64,000 bases of DNA from Synergistales bacterium (GCA_963666205.1 OY762654.1:992001-1056000), one strand, 5' to 3'; shown: positions 9,059 to 19,830, counted from the stretch's first letter. Translations and numbers: made by a program. The notes: a model not told the origin generated them from the letters alone.

Positions 9059-10582
9059 CTATTTGAGAGAGAACAGATGTTTTTCCAGGTCTTCGGAGCT
9101 CAAGATAATACCCTCTCTTTCACTGGTCCAGACTTCCAGTTCCATACCCCCCAGGGTGTCTTTCCCAGCCAGTACTTTTACAGGAATTCCCATTTCTATG
9201 GAATCATCCAGTTTCGAGTTTATCTTTTTATCCCGATCATCAAAGAGAATTCTGAAGTTTTTGGATGAAAGATGAAGATACAGATCCTCAACCTCAGTAA
9301 AAAGAGCATCTTCCCTGGAAAGAGCAGAGATAAGATGAATGTCAAAGGCAGACCATCCTGCCAGATTGTCAGAGCCATAACCCATAACTGAGAGCAGTAA
9401 CTGTTCCAGGTCTATGGTTCCCCGCCATACCTGGGGATAGCATTTTTCCCTGTTTTCATTGATGTAAGTCAGAGAAGGATAGTCTTCGGAAAGATGCCTG
9501 GTAGAATAGAAAGCACCTATTTCCGTAAAATATCCCTTATCCATCATTCCTCCACAGGAAGGACAGGGGGAATCCTTTCCGAAGGCGGCTATATCGCGCA
9601 CCATATCGGCTTTGAAATCCCTTTCCCAGCATGCACCCCTGAAATGGAAATCCGGTTTGTTGGCACCTGCTGCCAGGTTTATCGCACCCTCAACGCTTTC
9701 ATCTGCTACTACTGTTATTTCTTCCGGCAGTCCAATGGGACCACAGAATCCGGCGACTTCCCCTACGGCATCTTTCAGCTCATTTTCAGTTGCTCTCCTG
9801 AGTTTTACCCCTCCAAGGTAAAAGGAAAGCTTCTCAAGGGAAATATCCCTGTCCCCTCTCATCAGAGCGACCACAATCTGACCGGTTCCATCATCCATAG
9901 CATAGAACATGGTCTTTAATGTCTGAGAAGGGGGCAGGTCCAGCTGCCTGCATAGTTCAACAATGGTTGTAGCTCCCGGAGTATATATTTCTTCTAGTTC
10001 TTCTTTTCCTCCATTAGAGACGGCGCTTCTGCCCATGGGAGAAGAGGTGAACCCCTTCCATCCACATGTGGGGCAGACAAGACCGTCCCTTAATCCAAGG
10101 GCCTTTTTATCTCCTTCTACAACCATAGCGATCCTCTCTCCGCTGGAAACGATCTCTTTCAATGAAGAGATCCTTATACCCCCGGGAAGCAGAGCTTCCC
10201 GGCAGGACTGAAGACAGGTTTCCATTTGTGTCGAGACATCGTCTTCCACAGCGGAAAAAGCTGTAAGCTGGATATTCCGGTTCTTTTCCTCCATAAGGAT
10301 CATCGGGAGCTGATCTTTTGTTTTCAGTACCCTTACCACCAAAGCGAATGCGGCTTCATTATGGTTACCCGATATTTCCTGAATACCTGTGTTTTCGAAG
10401 GTTCCTTTTAATTTTCCTGAGATCTGCGCAAGTAACCCTACCCCCAAAGGAGTGAGCAGTATTTCTTCAGCAGAATTGTCATAAACAGCATAGCCGGCCT
10501 TTACAAGCCTTATAAGTCTCTGATCCTTGACTTTTGCCGGATTATTCCTTGTTGTCGGTGCAAGAATTGAAGATAACCTCAT
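9059..10582 (-). CDS. Prolyl-tRNA synthetase paralogue with degenerate catalytic core and intact INS editing and anticodon-binding domains
   Basis: ProRS-like N-terminus (MRLSS..PT, KAG, TPLG); INS motifs TPGATTI, TLKT, GFCGP, GANKPDFH; C-terminal LFDDR...GIP. Motif 2 (FRxE) and motif 3 (YGIGxxR) not recognisable. GGAGG RBS before the ATG at 10582. Confidence 0.8.
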   Translation of the reverse strand: MRLSSILAPTTRNNPAKVKDQRLIRLVKAGYAVYDNSAEEILLTPLGVGLLAQISGKLKGTFENTGIQEISGNHNEAAFALVVRVLKTKDQLPMILMEEKNRNIQLTAFSAVEDDVSTQMETCLQSCREALLPGGIRISSLKEIVSSGERIAMVVEGDKKALGLRDGLVCPTCGWKGFTSSPMGRSAVSNGGKEELEEIYTPGATTIVELCRQLDLPPSQTLKTMFYAMDDGTGQIVVALMRGDRDISLEKLSFYLGGVKLRRATENELKDAVGEVAGFCGPIGLPEEITVVADESVEGAINLAAGANKPDFHFRGACWERDFKADMVRDIAAFGKDSPCPSCGGMMDKGYFTEIGAFYSTRHLSEDYPSLTYINENREKCYPQVWRGTIDLEQLLLSVMGYGSDNLAGWSAFDIHLISALSREDALFTEVEDLYLHLSSKNFRILFDDRDKKINSKLDDSIEMGIPVKVLAGKDTLGGMELEVWTSEREGIILSSEDLEKHLFSLK

Positions 10583-10653
10583 TTTATTGACCTCCTGTAA
10601 AGATGTTCTGATCAAGAGCTGATATCTGTGACCGGTAAAAAGGTTTTCAGAGA

Positions 10654-10998
10654 TCATACCATCTTCATGGCTATCATGACCTGTTCCAGGTCAATAAGGG
10701 CAAAATCTCCATCTGCTTCCGGATCATCATAAAAAACCTGTGAGCGAAATCTCTCCACCGCTTTTTCCAGAAGAACCAGTCCCTTCATATCCATGTCATT
10801 TGAAGAGCTGTTTACAAGGATGGACCTGTATGGATTCATAAAAAGCCTCTGGTTTGCAGGCAAAGGCATACTCACAAGATCATGACCGGATTCCAGATAC
10901 TTCCTCACTTCAAGAAGTACGTCCAGGGGATTCCCCCTTACGGGATGATTATCTTCTATCTTATCCAGAACAAAAGGATTGTTGCTTATAACTTTCAA
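10654..10998 (-). CDS. grdX: GrdX family protein
   Basis: ISNNP, GHDLVSMPL..N...NPYRS, DFALID motifs; directly downstream of grdA. Confidence 0.85.
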   Translation of the reverse strand: MKVISNNPFVLDKIEDNHPVRGNPLDVLLEVRKYLESGHDLVSMPLPANQRLFMNPYRSILVNSSSNDMDMKGLVLLEKAVERFRSQVFYDDPEADGDFALIDLEQVMIAMKMV

Positions 10999-11084
10999 CT
11001 GTGAACACTTCCTTCAGGCCTATACATTTTTATCAGGTGGACGGGGCTTTTCGCCCCGTCCGCAATATCCAAAGGGGGGAACCT

Positions 11085-11561
11085 TTAGATAGAGAACTGG
11101 CTGAATTCTTCTCTCATTGATTTCACTGCTGCACAGAGACCGTCAGTATCCAGAACCATCTCCATCATAGAGATATTTTCTTCCCATGCGGCTTCATCAG
11201 CTTCGTTACGAATTTCATCTTCAAAAATGTCATATACGGCGAGTCCCAACTGGACTCCGGCCAGTGGACCTGCAAAAGTCGGATCTCCGTTTGCAACGGT
11301 TTCAGCATAGATCTCTGCACCTTCGGCATCAGAAGAACCAAGTACTACTACCAGGTTCTCTTTGCCGTATTTATCGGCTGCATCCTTTATCCTCTGCTGA
11401 TTCTGCAAATCCATAGCACCTGCCGCAGTTCAGACAAAACATTCCGTAACTGAAAATACTATCTCTGCTCCTGAGTCTTTCAGACATGCTTCCATTGCTG
11501 GTCCGGGAACTCCGTCTCTTTCTCCCAGAAGAAGCATTTTCTTTCCTGCTAATCTACCCAT
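11085..11561 (-). CDS. grdA: Glycine/sarcosine/betaine reductase selenoprotein A (Sec at UGA 11430-11432)
   Basis: [18 protein letters not shown]...[17 protein letters not shown]...[12 protein letters not shown] reads through the in-frame TGA; GGAGG RBS; 158 aa. Confidence 0.95.
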
Positions 11562-11639
11562 TTGTGCACCTCCTTCCGCCTTGTATACAACAGAAGAGGG
11601 ACAGAGATACTGATACTATTCTGCCCCTCAGGCTGTTCA

Positions 11640-12950
11640 TTATTCTTTAAATATGGTCTGTTCCTTTATTTCTGTAGACATAGCCTTGAAAGCCCTCTGA
11701 AGGAGCTCTCTTCTCTTCTTCCTGTCTCCTTCGGGTCCTGATTCAGGATCTCCTACCGGATGAGGGATAGCCACACCGGGAACTATCCTGTTGGCTCCAA
11801 CTGTGAGCATTATAGGTACTATTGTTGCTATCTGGACTACAGGGATACCGGCTTCTTTCTCTATTTCCCGAACCATCGATGCACCGCATCGGGTACAGGT
11901 GCCTCAGGTGGATGTGAGAATGACAGCATCAACACCAGCCTCTTTAAGTTCCTTGCCGATGGCCTGACCGAAACCTTCGGCATTGGCTACTGCTGTACCG
12001 GTTCCGGTAGTACAGTAAACGAAATCATGAAGCTTGCCGAAAACTCCTTCTTTTTCCATCTCCCGCATAATATCAAGGGGAAGGACTACATCAGGGTTAT
12101 CGTTCGCATATACCCTGTCATAACCTCCATGGATGGACTCGTAATTTTCCGGTGTAAGGTCTTCGAGTTCGGAGATATTGTATTTGCCGAATTTCTCAGC
12201 AGAAGAAACCCTTATGTGATCAGGATTACCGAAGGGAACGATGCCGCCGGAAGTACAAAGGGCAATAGTGGCCTTACTCAGGTCAGCAATGGGAGCTGCC
12301 GGATCTATCTTTTTGAATACCGGCATTTCGAGTTCTGTTTCGAAAGCTTCTCCCCGGATCTTCCTGAGCAGCATATCAACTCCTCTTTCTGCTCCTGACT
12401 TGTCATGGAAAAAGCTTTTACGGATACCTCTGTGGATATAACCTTCAAAGCGGGCTGGGCCAAGTTTCTCTTTTTTCAGCAGTTTCAGAGCAAGAGTAAC
12501 CATTCTGGACAGGGCATCTCTCATACCCCTGGCGCTGTCACTGGTTTCGACAATGTATGTTTTTTTATGGTACATTTCGACACCGGGGTTTTCCCCATAA
12601 AGGGCTGTAACTGTGGGGATCCCAAGCATTTCTCCCGCAGCTGAACATATATCACCACAGGCAACGCCATAACGGCCGGCATTGAAACCAGGACCGGCAA
12701 TAAGCATATCGGGCTTGAAAGCCTTTATCATTTCAACACACTCAGCCTGGGCTTTTTCCATATTCTCACCGTAATAACTGTCACCGCAGATAACCGTACC
12801 TACGACTTCGGCCTCTCCCTGAAGCAGGTTCTGAAGCTGAAGTCCGGGACCCACTATCCCGTCCCGGGATGATGGTGGTACATGGGCTGTATCTTCTCCG
12901 CCCATTCCTGCATAAAACTGATTTATATAATGAACAACCCTGTAGGTCAT
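11640..12950 (-). CDS. grdB: Glycine/sarcosine reductase selenoprotein B (Sec at UGA 11904-11906)
   Basis: HYINQF, AGPGFNAGRYG, ILTST-U-GTCTRCGA continuing in frame into the 11640-11876 ORF; 436 aa. Confidence 0.95.
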
Positions 12951-12972
12951 TTTTCTACCTCCTTAACCTCAA

Positions 12973-14259
12973 CTAGACCCATTCGCAGCCTAGTTTGCTG
13001 AATCCCAGCTCATTGGTGGAACCGATGATCGACTGGAGTTCAACATACATGGAACCATCCTCACGCAGACTGTCAGACGCTCCTCCGGAGAGATGTGCGA
13101 TGGCTTCCGGGAATCCTATGATCTTATCCATGGCCGGAACTTCTATCATCTCATTAACATTTCCGGCTGAAACGAAACCGGTCATTTCAGGTGTAGCATC
13201 TGCAAGCCCCTGGCTTGAACCGTCAACTCCTGCTGCCTCATCTGAAATAACTACAGTTTTGATGCCCCAGTCTTCACACTTCTTGGCATTCATGCAAAGG
13301 TCGGTATCCGGATTGCCATAGCCTTCTTCAGAAATAACCACACCATCTGCTCCGAGCTGTCTGGCCAGATTGGCATTCATCCAGGTGGTTCTCTCCTTGC
13401 CAGCCAGCACTGTGCTTTCAAGAGTTGGAATAACACCGATGAAATTGATCTCCTTGCCATGACGCTTGTAGAGCTCAAGAACGATAGGATCGTTCACATG
13501 ATGGAAGGTCGTATTCTTGTCACAGGCTGAAACGCAGTTTCCCGAGACCATGGCTCCGTCAAGGATCTCATTGGGATGGACCAGGGTGGGAACTATGGAC
13601 TTCATGTCAGCTCCGTAGAGGAAGGTATCGTGGAGAAGCCCCTGGGTAATGGACATGCAGAAATAGGTTATCTTGGGGAGGTCCGGGTATTTATTGTTTT
13701 CCTCAACTATGGAACCCTTGTCAAAGACCTCGACGTTATCGGCCTTTGTCTCCTTGCACTGGTCAGCAAGGTAAACGGAAAGTTTAAGCCCTGCTTCCCT
13801 GAGGGATTTTTCGTAGGCATGTTTTTCAAGGTCTGCAACAGGTTCTGCTACTATTACGAGATTAAAGGTCTCTGAAAAGGGGTTATAGGGACTTGCCGGA
13901 CCGCTCATGTCAATAAAACCTTCCTGGAAAGCCACTATGGGACCGCAGGTAATTACAGAAGCACCCTTGAGGACAAAGGTCGCACCCTCGCCTACCGGTT
14001 CCATGGGAGCGCAGAAACCTGGAAAGAAAGAAGTACCTCCCTCCAGCTTGATCCTTGGTTCCACTACATCCTTGACAGGAATTATCCTGACACTTTCCCC
14101 GGGACGGGCCAGCTCGAGCTGTACATCAGCAAAATTTTCGTCTGCCGCAACAACTTTGATGGCCTCTTCCCTGTTGACATAAAGGACATTATCCTTCAGG
14201 GAGGTTTTTTCACCCCACTGAATATCCTTCACAAAAGCATTATGAAGTTCCAACCTCAT
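12973..14259 (-). CDS. grdE: Glycine/sarcosine reductase component B proprotein (alpha/beta)
   Basis: PGESVRIIPVKDVVEPR, HPNEILDGA, SGNCVSACDKN, EEGYGNPDTD motifs. Confidence 0.93.
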   Translation of the reverse strand: MRLELHNAFVKDIQWGEKTSLKDNVLYVNREEAIKVVAADENFADVQLELARPGESVRIIPVKDVVEPRIKLEGGTSFFPGFCAPMEPVGEGATFVLKGASVITCGPIVAFQEGFIDMSGPASPYNPFSETFNLVIVAEPVADLEKHAYEKSLREAGLKLSVYLADQCKETKADNVEVFDKGSIVEENNKYPDLPKITYFCMSITQGLLHDTFLYGADMKSIVPTLVHPNEILDGAMVSGNCVSACDKNTTFHHVNDPIVLELYKRHGKEINFIGVIPTLESTVLAGKERTTWMNANLARQLGADGVVISEEGYGNPDTDLCMNAKKCEDWGIKTVVISDEAAGVDGSSQGLADATPEMTGFVSAGNVNEMIEVPAMDKIIGFPEAIAHLSGGASDSLREDGSMYVELQSIIGSTNELGFSKLGCEWV

Positions 14260-14544
14260 ATTGAAGCCTCCTTCTTTTACATATTTCAGGGACAGGACAT
14301 GAATATCCCCTTAATAGACCCTTTTTAACGTAAAGATTATAAGAAGACGCAACCTTATTTACATCGTACGAATCATATGGTATTTAAACTATCATGGAAC
14401 TGTTTTTTAGTGCAGATAGTACAAATACCTCTTTTGCTTTCACTAAAGGCTTCAGATAAGGGTTCCTGTTGAAACGTTACGGGAACTGTCAGATGATGAC
14501 CTTACCATGAAGACCCGGGGTAAGAATAAACAGGAGGGCAGGTA

Positions 14545-15789
14545 ATGCTTACAAAATGGGCTGCCGAGATCGCTGGATCCACAGCTGAAGTTATAGGATA
14601 TGATGTTATCATCACTGATACGGAAGGGATAATAATAGGAGCAAGCAACATCCTCAGACTCGGATCCCTTCATGAGCAGTCCCTTGATGTTATCAGATAT
14701 AACCGGGGTGCTGCTGTTGACGAAACAGAAGCGCAGAAATTCAGGGGAACCCTTCCTGGGGTAACTTACCCTATTCAGTCCATGACAGGTAAGGTCGTAG
14801 GTTCTATGGCCATAACGGGCAAACCTGTAAACGTAAAACCCTTTGCGCTTATAGTGAAGAAACAGATAGAGATCCTTCTGCGCGAAAGAGAACTTCAGGA
14901 ATACGCTACAAACAGGGAAGAAACTCTGCAGGCAATAATCCACGATATTTCCCATTACATTTCCGGCATATCGGATCGTAGAATGCTTATATCAAGGGCA
15001 AGAGAATTCGGATTTGACCCATCATTTCACTATATCCCGATCGCTGTCGATCTCTACCAGTTCGCGAGATATGCAAGAAAAATACGAAACGACTGCCTGA
15101 AAGACAGGACAGAAACCCCTGAACTCCTTATACAGAAGACCAAGAATGAGATCCTGAAAAGGATACGCCTGGCCTTTCCCGATCCGGCAGATATTTCAGT
15201 AATGACAGGAAATAACAAGTATTTTATCCTTCATTCCGTGGGAAACAGCCCCTCGGGACGGGAGAGATCCATCTACAGGTATACAACCTCCTCCTGCAGA
15301 CAGATACTGGAAGATCTGGCCAAGATGAATCTGAATGCTGCCATAGGAATAGGTTCCATGGCAGGGAACCTGGAAGAATTGTCCAATTCATACCAGGAGG
15401 CCTGGCGGGCTTTACAGCTTGGTAAAAAATATAATCAGGGTCCTGGGATATACAATATCCAGGATTACAGGGTCGAAGAGCTCCTGGCATCTCTGCAGCC
15501 TGGCCTCAGAAACCGTTTTATCCAGAGAAACGTGGCTGCTTTCAGACAGCAGAACGACTGGGAAGAGCTCAGACAGACATTTCTGACATGGTGTGAAAAC
15601 AACTTTTCCCTTGTAAGCGCAGCCCGGGAACTTCACATTCACAGAAACACCCTTAACTACAGATTGGAAAAGATCAGAAGAATAGGAAACGTAGAACTCA
15701 GGAATTACCGGGACACCCTCAAACTGTATCTCGCTCTCCGACTGGAAAAATTCATTGGACCGGGACTTCATGAAGAAGATGAATCCTGA
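14545..15789 (+). CDS. CdaR/PucR family transcriptional regulator
   Basis: N-terminal diacid-recognition-like domain (IITD..GIIIGAS) and C-terminal HTH AARELHIHRNTLNYRLEKI; divergent from grdE. Confidence 0.9.
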   Translation: MLTKWAAEIAGSTAEVIGYDVIITDTEGIIIGASNILRLGSLHEQSLDVIRYNRGAAVDETEAQKFRGTLPGVTYPIQSMTGKVVGSMAITGKPVNVKPFALIVKKQIEILLRERELQEYATNREETLQAIIHDISHYISGISDRRMLISRAREFGFDPSFHYIPIAVDLYQFARYARKIRNDCLKDRTETPELLIQKTKNEILKRIRLAFPDPADISVMTGNNKYFILHSVGNSPSGRERSIYRYTTSSCRQILEDLAKMNLNAAIGIGSMAGNLEELSNSYQEAWRALQLGKKYNQGPGIYNIQDYRVEELLASLQPGLRNRFIQRNVAAFRQQNDWEELRQTFLTWCENNFSLVSAARELHIHRNTLNYRLEKIRRIGNVELRNYRDTLKLYLALRLEKFIGPGLHEEDES

Positions 15790-15941
15790 AACAGCTGAAA
15801 GGGGTAAGCCGGCTTTACCTCAAAACAGAAGGACATTGGACCAGGTATCATTTTTGTGCAATAGATATAGTGACAGATCCGCTTCGTACATATAGTCTGG
15901 AAAGAGACCTGAAAACCTTAAGAATAAAATAGATCGGGGGA

Positions 15942-16949
15942 GTGTTGAGAATGTCCCGGGAAAATGTTTTACTGCTTTTCAGCAAAGGTTATCCCTGCTG
16001 GAATGAGGAACTTGTTGAACTGGCGGGAGAAAATCCCACTTTCCTGCAGGACCTTCAGCAGGAAGGACTCCTGGTGAAAGAGAATGGGATCTGTTCTCTG
16101 ACCCCGGCAGGAAGAAAGGCTTTCACTGAAATAGCCAGAGAATACTATTATGATGCCGCCCCGGCAGATCCAGCCGAAGATCATGGAAAAGAACTTATGA
16201 AATGCAGGCTTTCCCTGGTGCTGAACAGATCCTTTGTGGGGAGATGGGGCGTGAAGAATTTCCATGTGGGACAGCGTTTATCCTATTACCCCGGGTTAAA
16301 AAAAGGAGATATCTGCTCCATCAGTCCTTCAATGAAACCCCGATGGCTATACAACGAGATGGCTATCATCAATGAGATCAGGGAGACCTTCCCCCAGAAC
16401 AGACAAACAGACCGTCACCCCACCATTCAGGAGATAAAAGAATGGATGGAAGAAAGGGGCATGGAAGAAGGATCTCTGGAGATCGACGTCCTTTTCCTTC
16501 ATTATTGCGACTTCGTGCACTATATGCACAAGGTCCCTCCCGCATCAGACACATTAAAACTCCTGCATGCCGATCGTTTTTATATGAATTTTGTCAGAAA
16601 AGAATTTTATGATGACCCCCTGCTGCTCTTCGAAGAAATAGGGAAATTCCATCTTTTCCTTCTCTACTACAGGCACCTTATCCTCCCTGGCAACTTCGAT
16701 ATTGATATTCACGAGCAGGGAAACCTGAATGCCCTTATGTACATAACTGAAACAGAAGAGGAAGCAATACGATTTTATGAAACATTCAGTCCTATGGCAG
16801 AAGAACTCACAGGCCCCGCCCATCCCATGGACATCTGGTCCATGAGTATGGAGGCTATAGAAAACCACCCCATTAAGGAGGATTCTCACTTTGATTTTTT
16901 TGCAAAGATCGGACACAGGGTCGCCATAACATATCCGCCCGGGGGCTGA
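15942..16949 (+). CDS. Hypothetical protein (possible N-terminal winged helix)
   Basis: 335-aa ORF with GGGGAG RBS; LQQEGLL...CSLTPAG resembles a wHTH wing. Confidence 0.7.
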   Translation: MLRMSRENVLLLFSKGYPCWNEELVELAGENPTFLQDLQQEGLLVKENGICSLTPAGRKAFTEIAREYYYDAAPADPAEDHGKELMKCRLSLVLNRSFVGRWGVKNFHVGQRLSYYPGLKKGDICSISPSMKPRWLYNEMAIINEIRETFPQNRQTDRHPTIQEIKEWMEERGMEEGSLEIDVLFLHYCDFVHYMHKVPPASDTLKLLHADRFYMNFVRKEFYDDPLLLFEEIGKFHLFLLYYRHLILPGNFDIDIHEQGNLNALMYITETEEEAIRFYETFSPMAEELTGPAHPMDIWSMSMEAIENHPIKEDSHFDFFAKIGHRVAITYPPGG

Positions 16950-17009
16950 AAAGGGACCTGCTGATCGGGAAGTCCGTGAGACTTCCTTCAAAACAGAGAT
17001 CAGGTGGGA

Positions 17010-17738
17010 TCAATAATTCATAAAAGCAGGATATTTTTCCCAGGTTGACAGCCTGGGAACGGTTTCTGTCTGATCTGTTTCACAACAGAAGGCAATGTCC
17101 TTATCCATTCCCATATCATTGAGAAGACTGCAGTGACCAGCCTGCTCAATGCCCCTCCTGAGATTGCCAAAACAGCTTTCCCATAACTCCAGGGCTATAA
17201 CTGCTCCATCAGACATGGCTGCATCATTCCGGACCCTTCTTAATATCTCTACCATCAGACCGCAGCAGATAACATCATCCAGGGCCACCCTGCCCAGCCT
17301 TCCTGCACAGAGCAGGCCTATCCTGTCTCCTGTATTAAGTGCTCTTTCAATGGCAGCCGATGCATTTCTCGCACATGCTGCATAAACAGGAACTTCCTGT
17401 CCCAGGGCCCTGATAAGGGCTTTGGTGCCATTGGTCGTCGTTATCACAGCAAAGGGTTTCTCCTGCAGGATATCCTTCGAATATTCAAGGGGAGAATTCC
17501 CCATATCGAAACCTTCCGGAGGAAGGGCGTCCCTTTCTCCCATTAGAAGCCAGTCATCTCCATATGTTTCCCGGATGCGCCGGGCCTGATCAACTTCTTC
17601 AACAGGTATCATAAGCCTTCCGCCCTGGTGGAAAAAGTGAACTATGTTGGTGGTGGCCCTGAGTATATCGACGACAAGCCAAGTATCCATTTCGGGAAGA
17701 TTTTCTGCCGGTGAAAGGACAACATCTATCTCAGTCAT
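17010..17738 (-). CDS. comB: 2-phosphosulfolactate phosphatase (ComB family)
   Basis: VVDILRATT, GER...GFDMGNSP, TTTNGT, LDDVICCG motifs. Confidence 0.9.
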   Translation of the reverse strand: MTEIDVVLSPAENLPEMDTWLVVDILRATTNIVHFFHQGGRLMIPVEEVDQARRIRETYGDDWLLMGERDALPPEGFDMGNSPLEYSKDILQEKPFAVITTTNGTKALIRALGQEVPVYAACARNASAAIERALNTGDRIGLLCAGRLGRVALDDVICCGLMVEILRRVRNDAAMSDGAVIALELWESCFGNLRRGIEQAGHCSLLNDMGMDKDIAFCCETDQTETVPRLSTWEKYPAFMNY

Positions 17739-18072
17739 ATCAGCTTTCCTCATTCCTCGAATTAAGCTGTAATTATTATATCTCAAACGGGAAAAGAAAC
17801 TTCCTTCGGGCTGGCAGGATCATCTTTTCATCACATCTTTACTTTCTCTTGATATTTGTTTAGTATGTTCTGGCGCATCTCGGTAATTATACGTATTTTA
17901 CTCTCATAGTGAGGCATGAAGTCTGTATTGTTGTGCTTATTCTAATAATTCAGGACAATCAGCTCTTGTTTTTTTCAATTTATGCTTTATAATGGCCGCA
18001 CTTGCAGCACTCCCTCACTTTCATTTATGGTTAATTTTTAAACCGGATGAAAGTAAAGCAAGAACAAGGAGG

Positions 18073-18786
18073 ATGATCAAATTGCATAGAAAGGCTACCT
18101 GCACGATCTTCGCCCTCCTTCTGCTTTCAGTATCTGCATTTTTCATAGCGAACGCCATACTTCCATGTCTTGCTGTCAGCGGGTTGGGGAATGAGAATGA
18201 AAATTCACATAAACGAATAGTGGATCCCGACTCCACGGCAATGGCTCTGGTCCAGGAAATGCCCTCCATGATAAATGCCCTGGGCAGAAATCTGGATACA
18301 GGTCCCATCAAGGCACTTTCCGGAATGTATGAACTTGCACTGGATATCCAGGATCAGGCTGAACTGATATCCCGATATATCCAGAAACAGAACAGCAGGA
18401 TCGACGACCTTACTGCCCTTCAGGAGGCCCTTGCCTTCATCCACTACAGTACAAAATACGAAGTGCCAATTGATCTTGTCATAGCTGTTGCTAATACTGA
18501 GAGTCATTTTGACCCCGAGGCGAAGAGCGGACATGGTTCCGCAGGGGTTATGCAGGTTACATGGCGGGTTCATGAAGCACTGCTTAAGGCAAACGGCATC
18601 TATTATGAAGAAGACCTTCACGATCCGGTTAAGGGAATAGCAGCGGGAACCCTTCTTGTTTCCCGGTACCTTAAAGCCTATGGCACACCGGAGAAGGCTC
18701 TTGGGCGTTATTACGGAGGCTCGGCATCTGTTTACTGGAGCAGGATCTCAAGGAACCTGGCCAGGCTCAAGAAATACACAATGTAA
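18073..18786 (+). CDS. Lytic transglycosylase (SLT domain) with N-terminal membrane anchor
   Basis: AVANTESHFDPEAKS, GVMQV, ALGRYYGG. Start could instead be TTG at 18082 given the AGGAGG spacing. Confidence 0.88.
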   Translation: MIKLHRKATCTIFALLLLSVSAFFIANAILPCLAVSGLGNENENSHKRIVDPDSTAMALVQEMPSMINALGRNLDTGPIKALSGMYELALDIQDQAELISRYIQKQNSRIDDLTALQEALAFIHYSTKYEVPIDLVIAVANTESHFDPEAKSGHGSAGVMQVTWRVHEALLKANGIYYEEDLHDPVKGIAAGTLLVSRYLKAYGTPEKALGRYYGGSASVYWSRISRNLARLKKYTM

Positions 18787-18869
18787 AACACATGATCGGT
18801 CAGCGCCGGGAATCATCCCGGTCCTGACCGGGATGAAAACGTGGAAATATCCTTTCAGACAGATCTGCC

Positions 18870-19745
18870 TCAAGTTCTATCTCCAAAAGAAAACCCGTCC
18901 TCCCTGAAAACATCGATACAGGCTTTCACTACATGGGGGTCAAACAGTTTTTCGCTGTCCTTCCTTATAGTTTCAAGAGCCTCATCAAGTCCGACCGCAG
19001 CCCTGTAAGGGCGATTGGAAGACATGGTCTCAACTACATCAGCTACCGCTATTATCCTCGAACAGAGATGTATTTCCTCTCCCTTAAGCCCATAGGGATA
19101 ACCTGAACCATCCATCCTTTCATGATGCTGGGAAATGATCTCGGCTACCGGACATGGAAAATCTATCTCCTCGACGATATCCTTCCCCATCTTCGGATGA
19201 GTCCGTATCATCCTGTATTCAAGTTCTGAAAGATCTCCAGGCTTTGTAAGCAGATCTGAAGGAAGGCTGATCTTGCCGATGTCATGTATCATGGAGCTTA
19301 TCCTCAGACATTCAGTCTCCTCTTCTGAAAGACCCATTTTCTCTGCTATGGCAACAGCGAGCATGGTCACCCTCTCCTGGTGTCCCTGGGTATAGGGATC
19401 CTTGGTTTCAAGGATCTTGCTTATGGATCTTATAGCACTGTCAAGGGTTTTTGCCATTCTTTCATAATTGAGACGGATCTCAGTCTCATATCTTTTTTCT
19501 ATATTGGAACGGCCTTTCAGTTCGCCATAAATGTAGGAAAAAAGGAGAATACCGCTCACGATGACAAATAGCAGGCCCTTGTACGTCTGGAATCTCGAAA
19601 GCTGCTCCGGAGATTTTGCTAAATGCTCGATAAGGGTATCGGAAAAGAATATCCATGCACCGGCAATAAGAATATAAAAGGATACTATCCTCAACGTGAT
19701 CCTGAAGATCCGGTTTTTACTCTCTCCATGCCCTGTATCCTTCAT
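18870..19745 (-). CDS. Membrane-anchored HD-GYP phosphodiesterase
   Basis: Two TM helices; KDPYTQGH, HDIGK, HHERMDGSGYP. Confidence 0.92.
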   Translation of the reverse strand: MKDTGHGESKNRIFRITLRIVSFYILIAGAWIFFSDTLIEHLAKSPEQLSRFQTYKGLLFVIVSGILLFSYIYGELKGRSNIEKRYETEIRLNYERMAKTLDSAIRSISKILETKDPYTQGHQERVTMLAVAIAEKMGLSEEETECLRISSMIHDIGKISLPSDLLTKPGDLSELEYRMIRTHPKMGKDIVEEIDFPCPVAEIISQHHERMDGSGYPYGLKGEEIHLCSRIIAVADVVETMSSNRPYRAAVGLDEALETIRKDSEKLFDPHVVKACIDVFREDGFSFGDRT

Positions 19746-19830
19746 ATCGGATCATCTCCCTGATCCACGGCAGTATAAAAAAGAAGCTTGAGCCAGATTC
19801 CGGTCATAAGATCAATTATCGAATGGAGGC

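Noticed and set aside
11085-12950. grdA and grdB as nonsense pseudogenes or split genes
   Set aside because: The TGA codons fall exactly at the known Sec positions and the frames continue intact.
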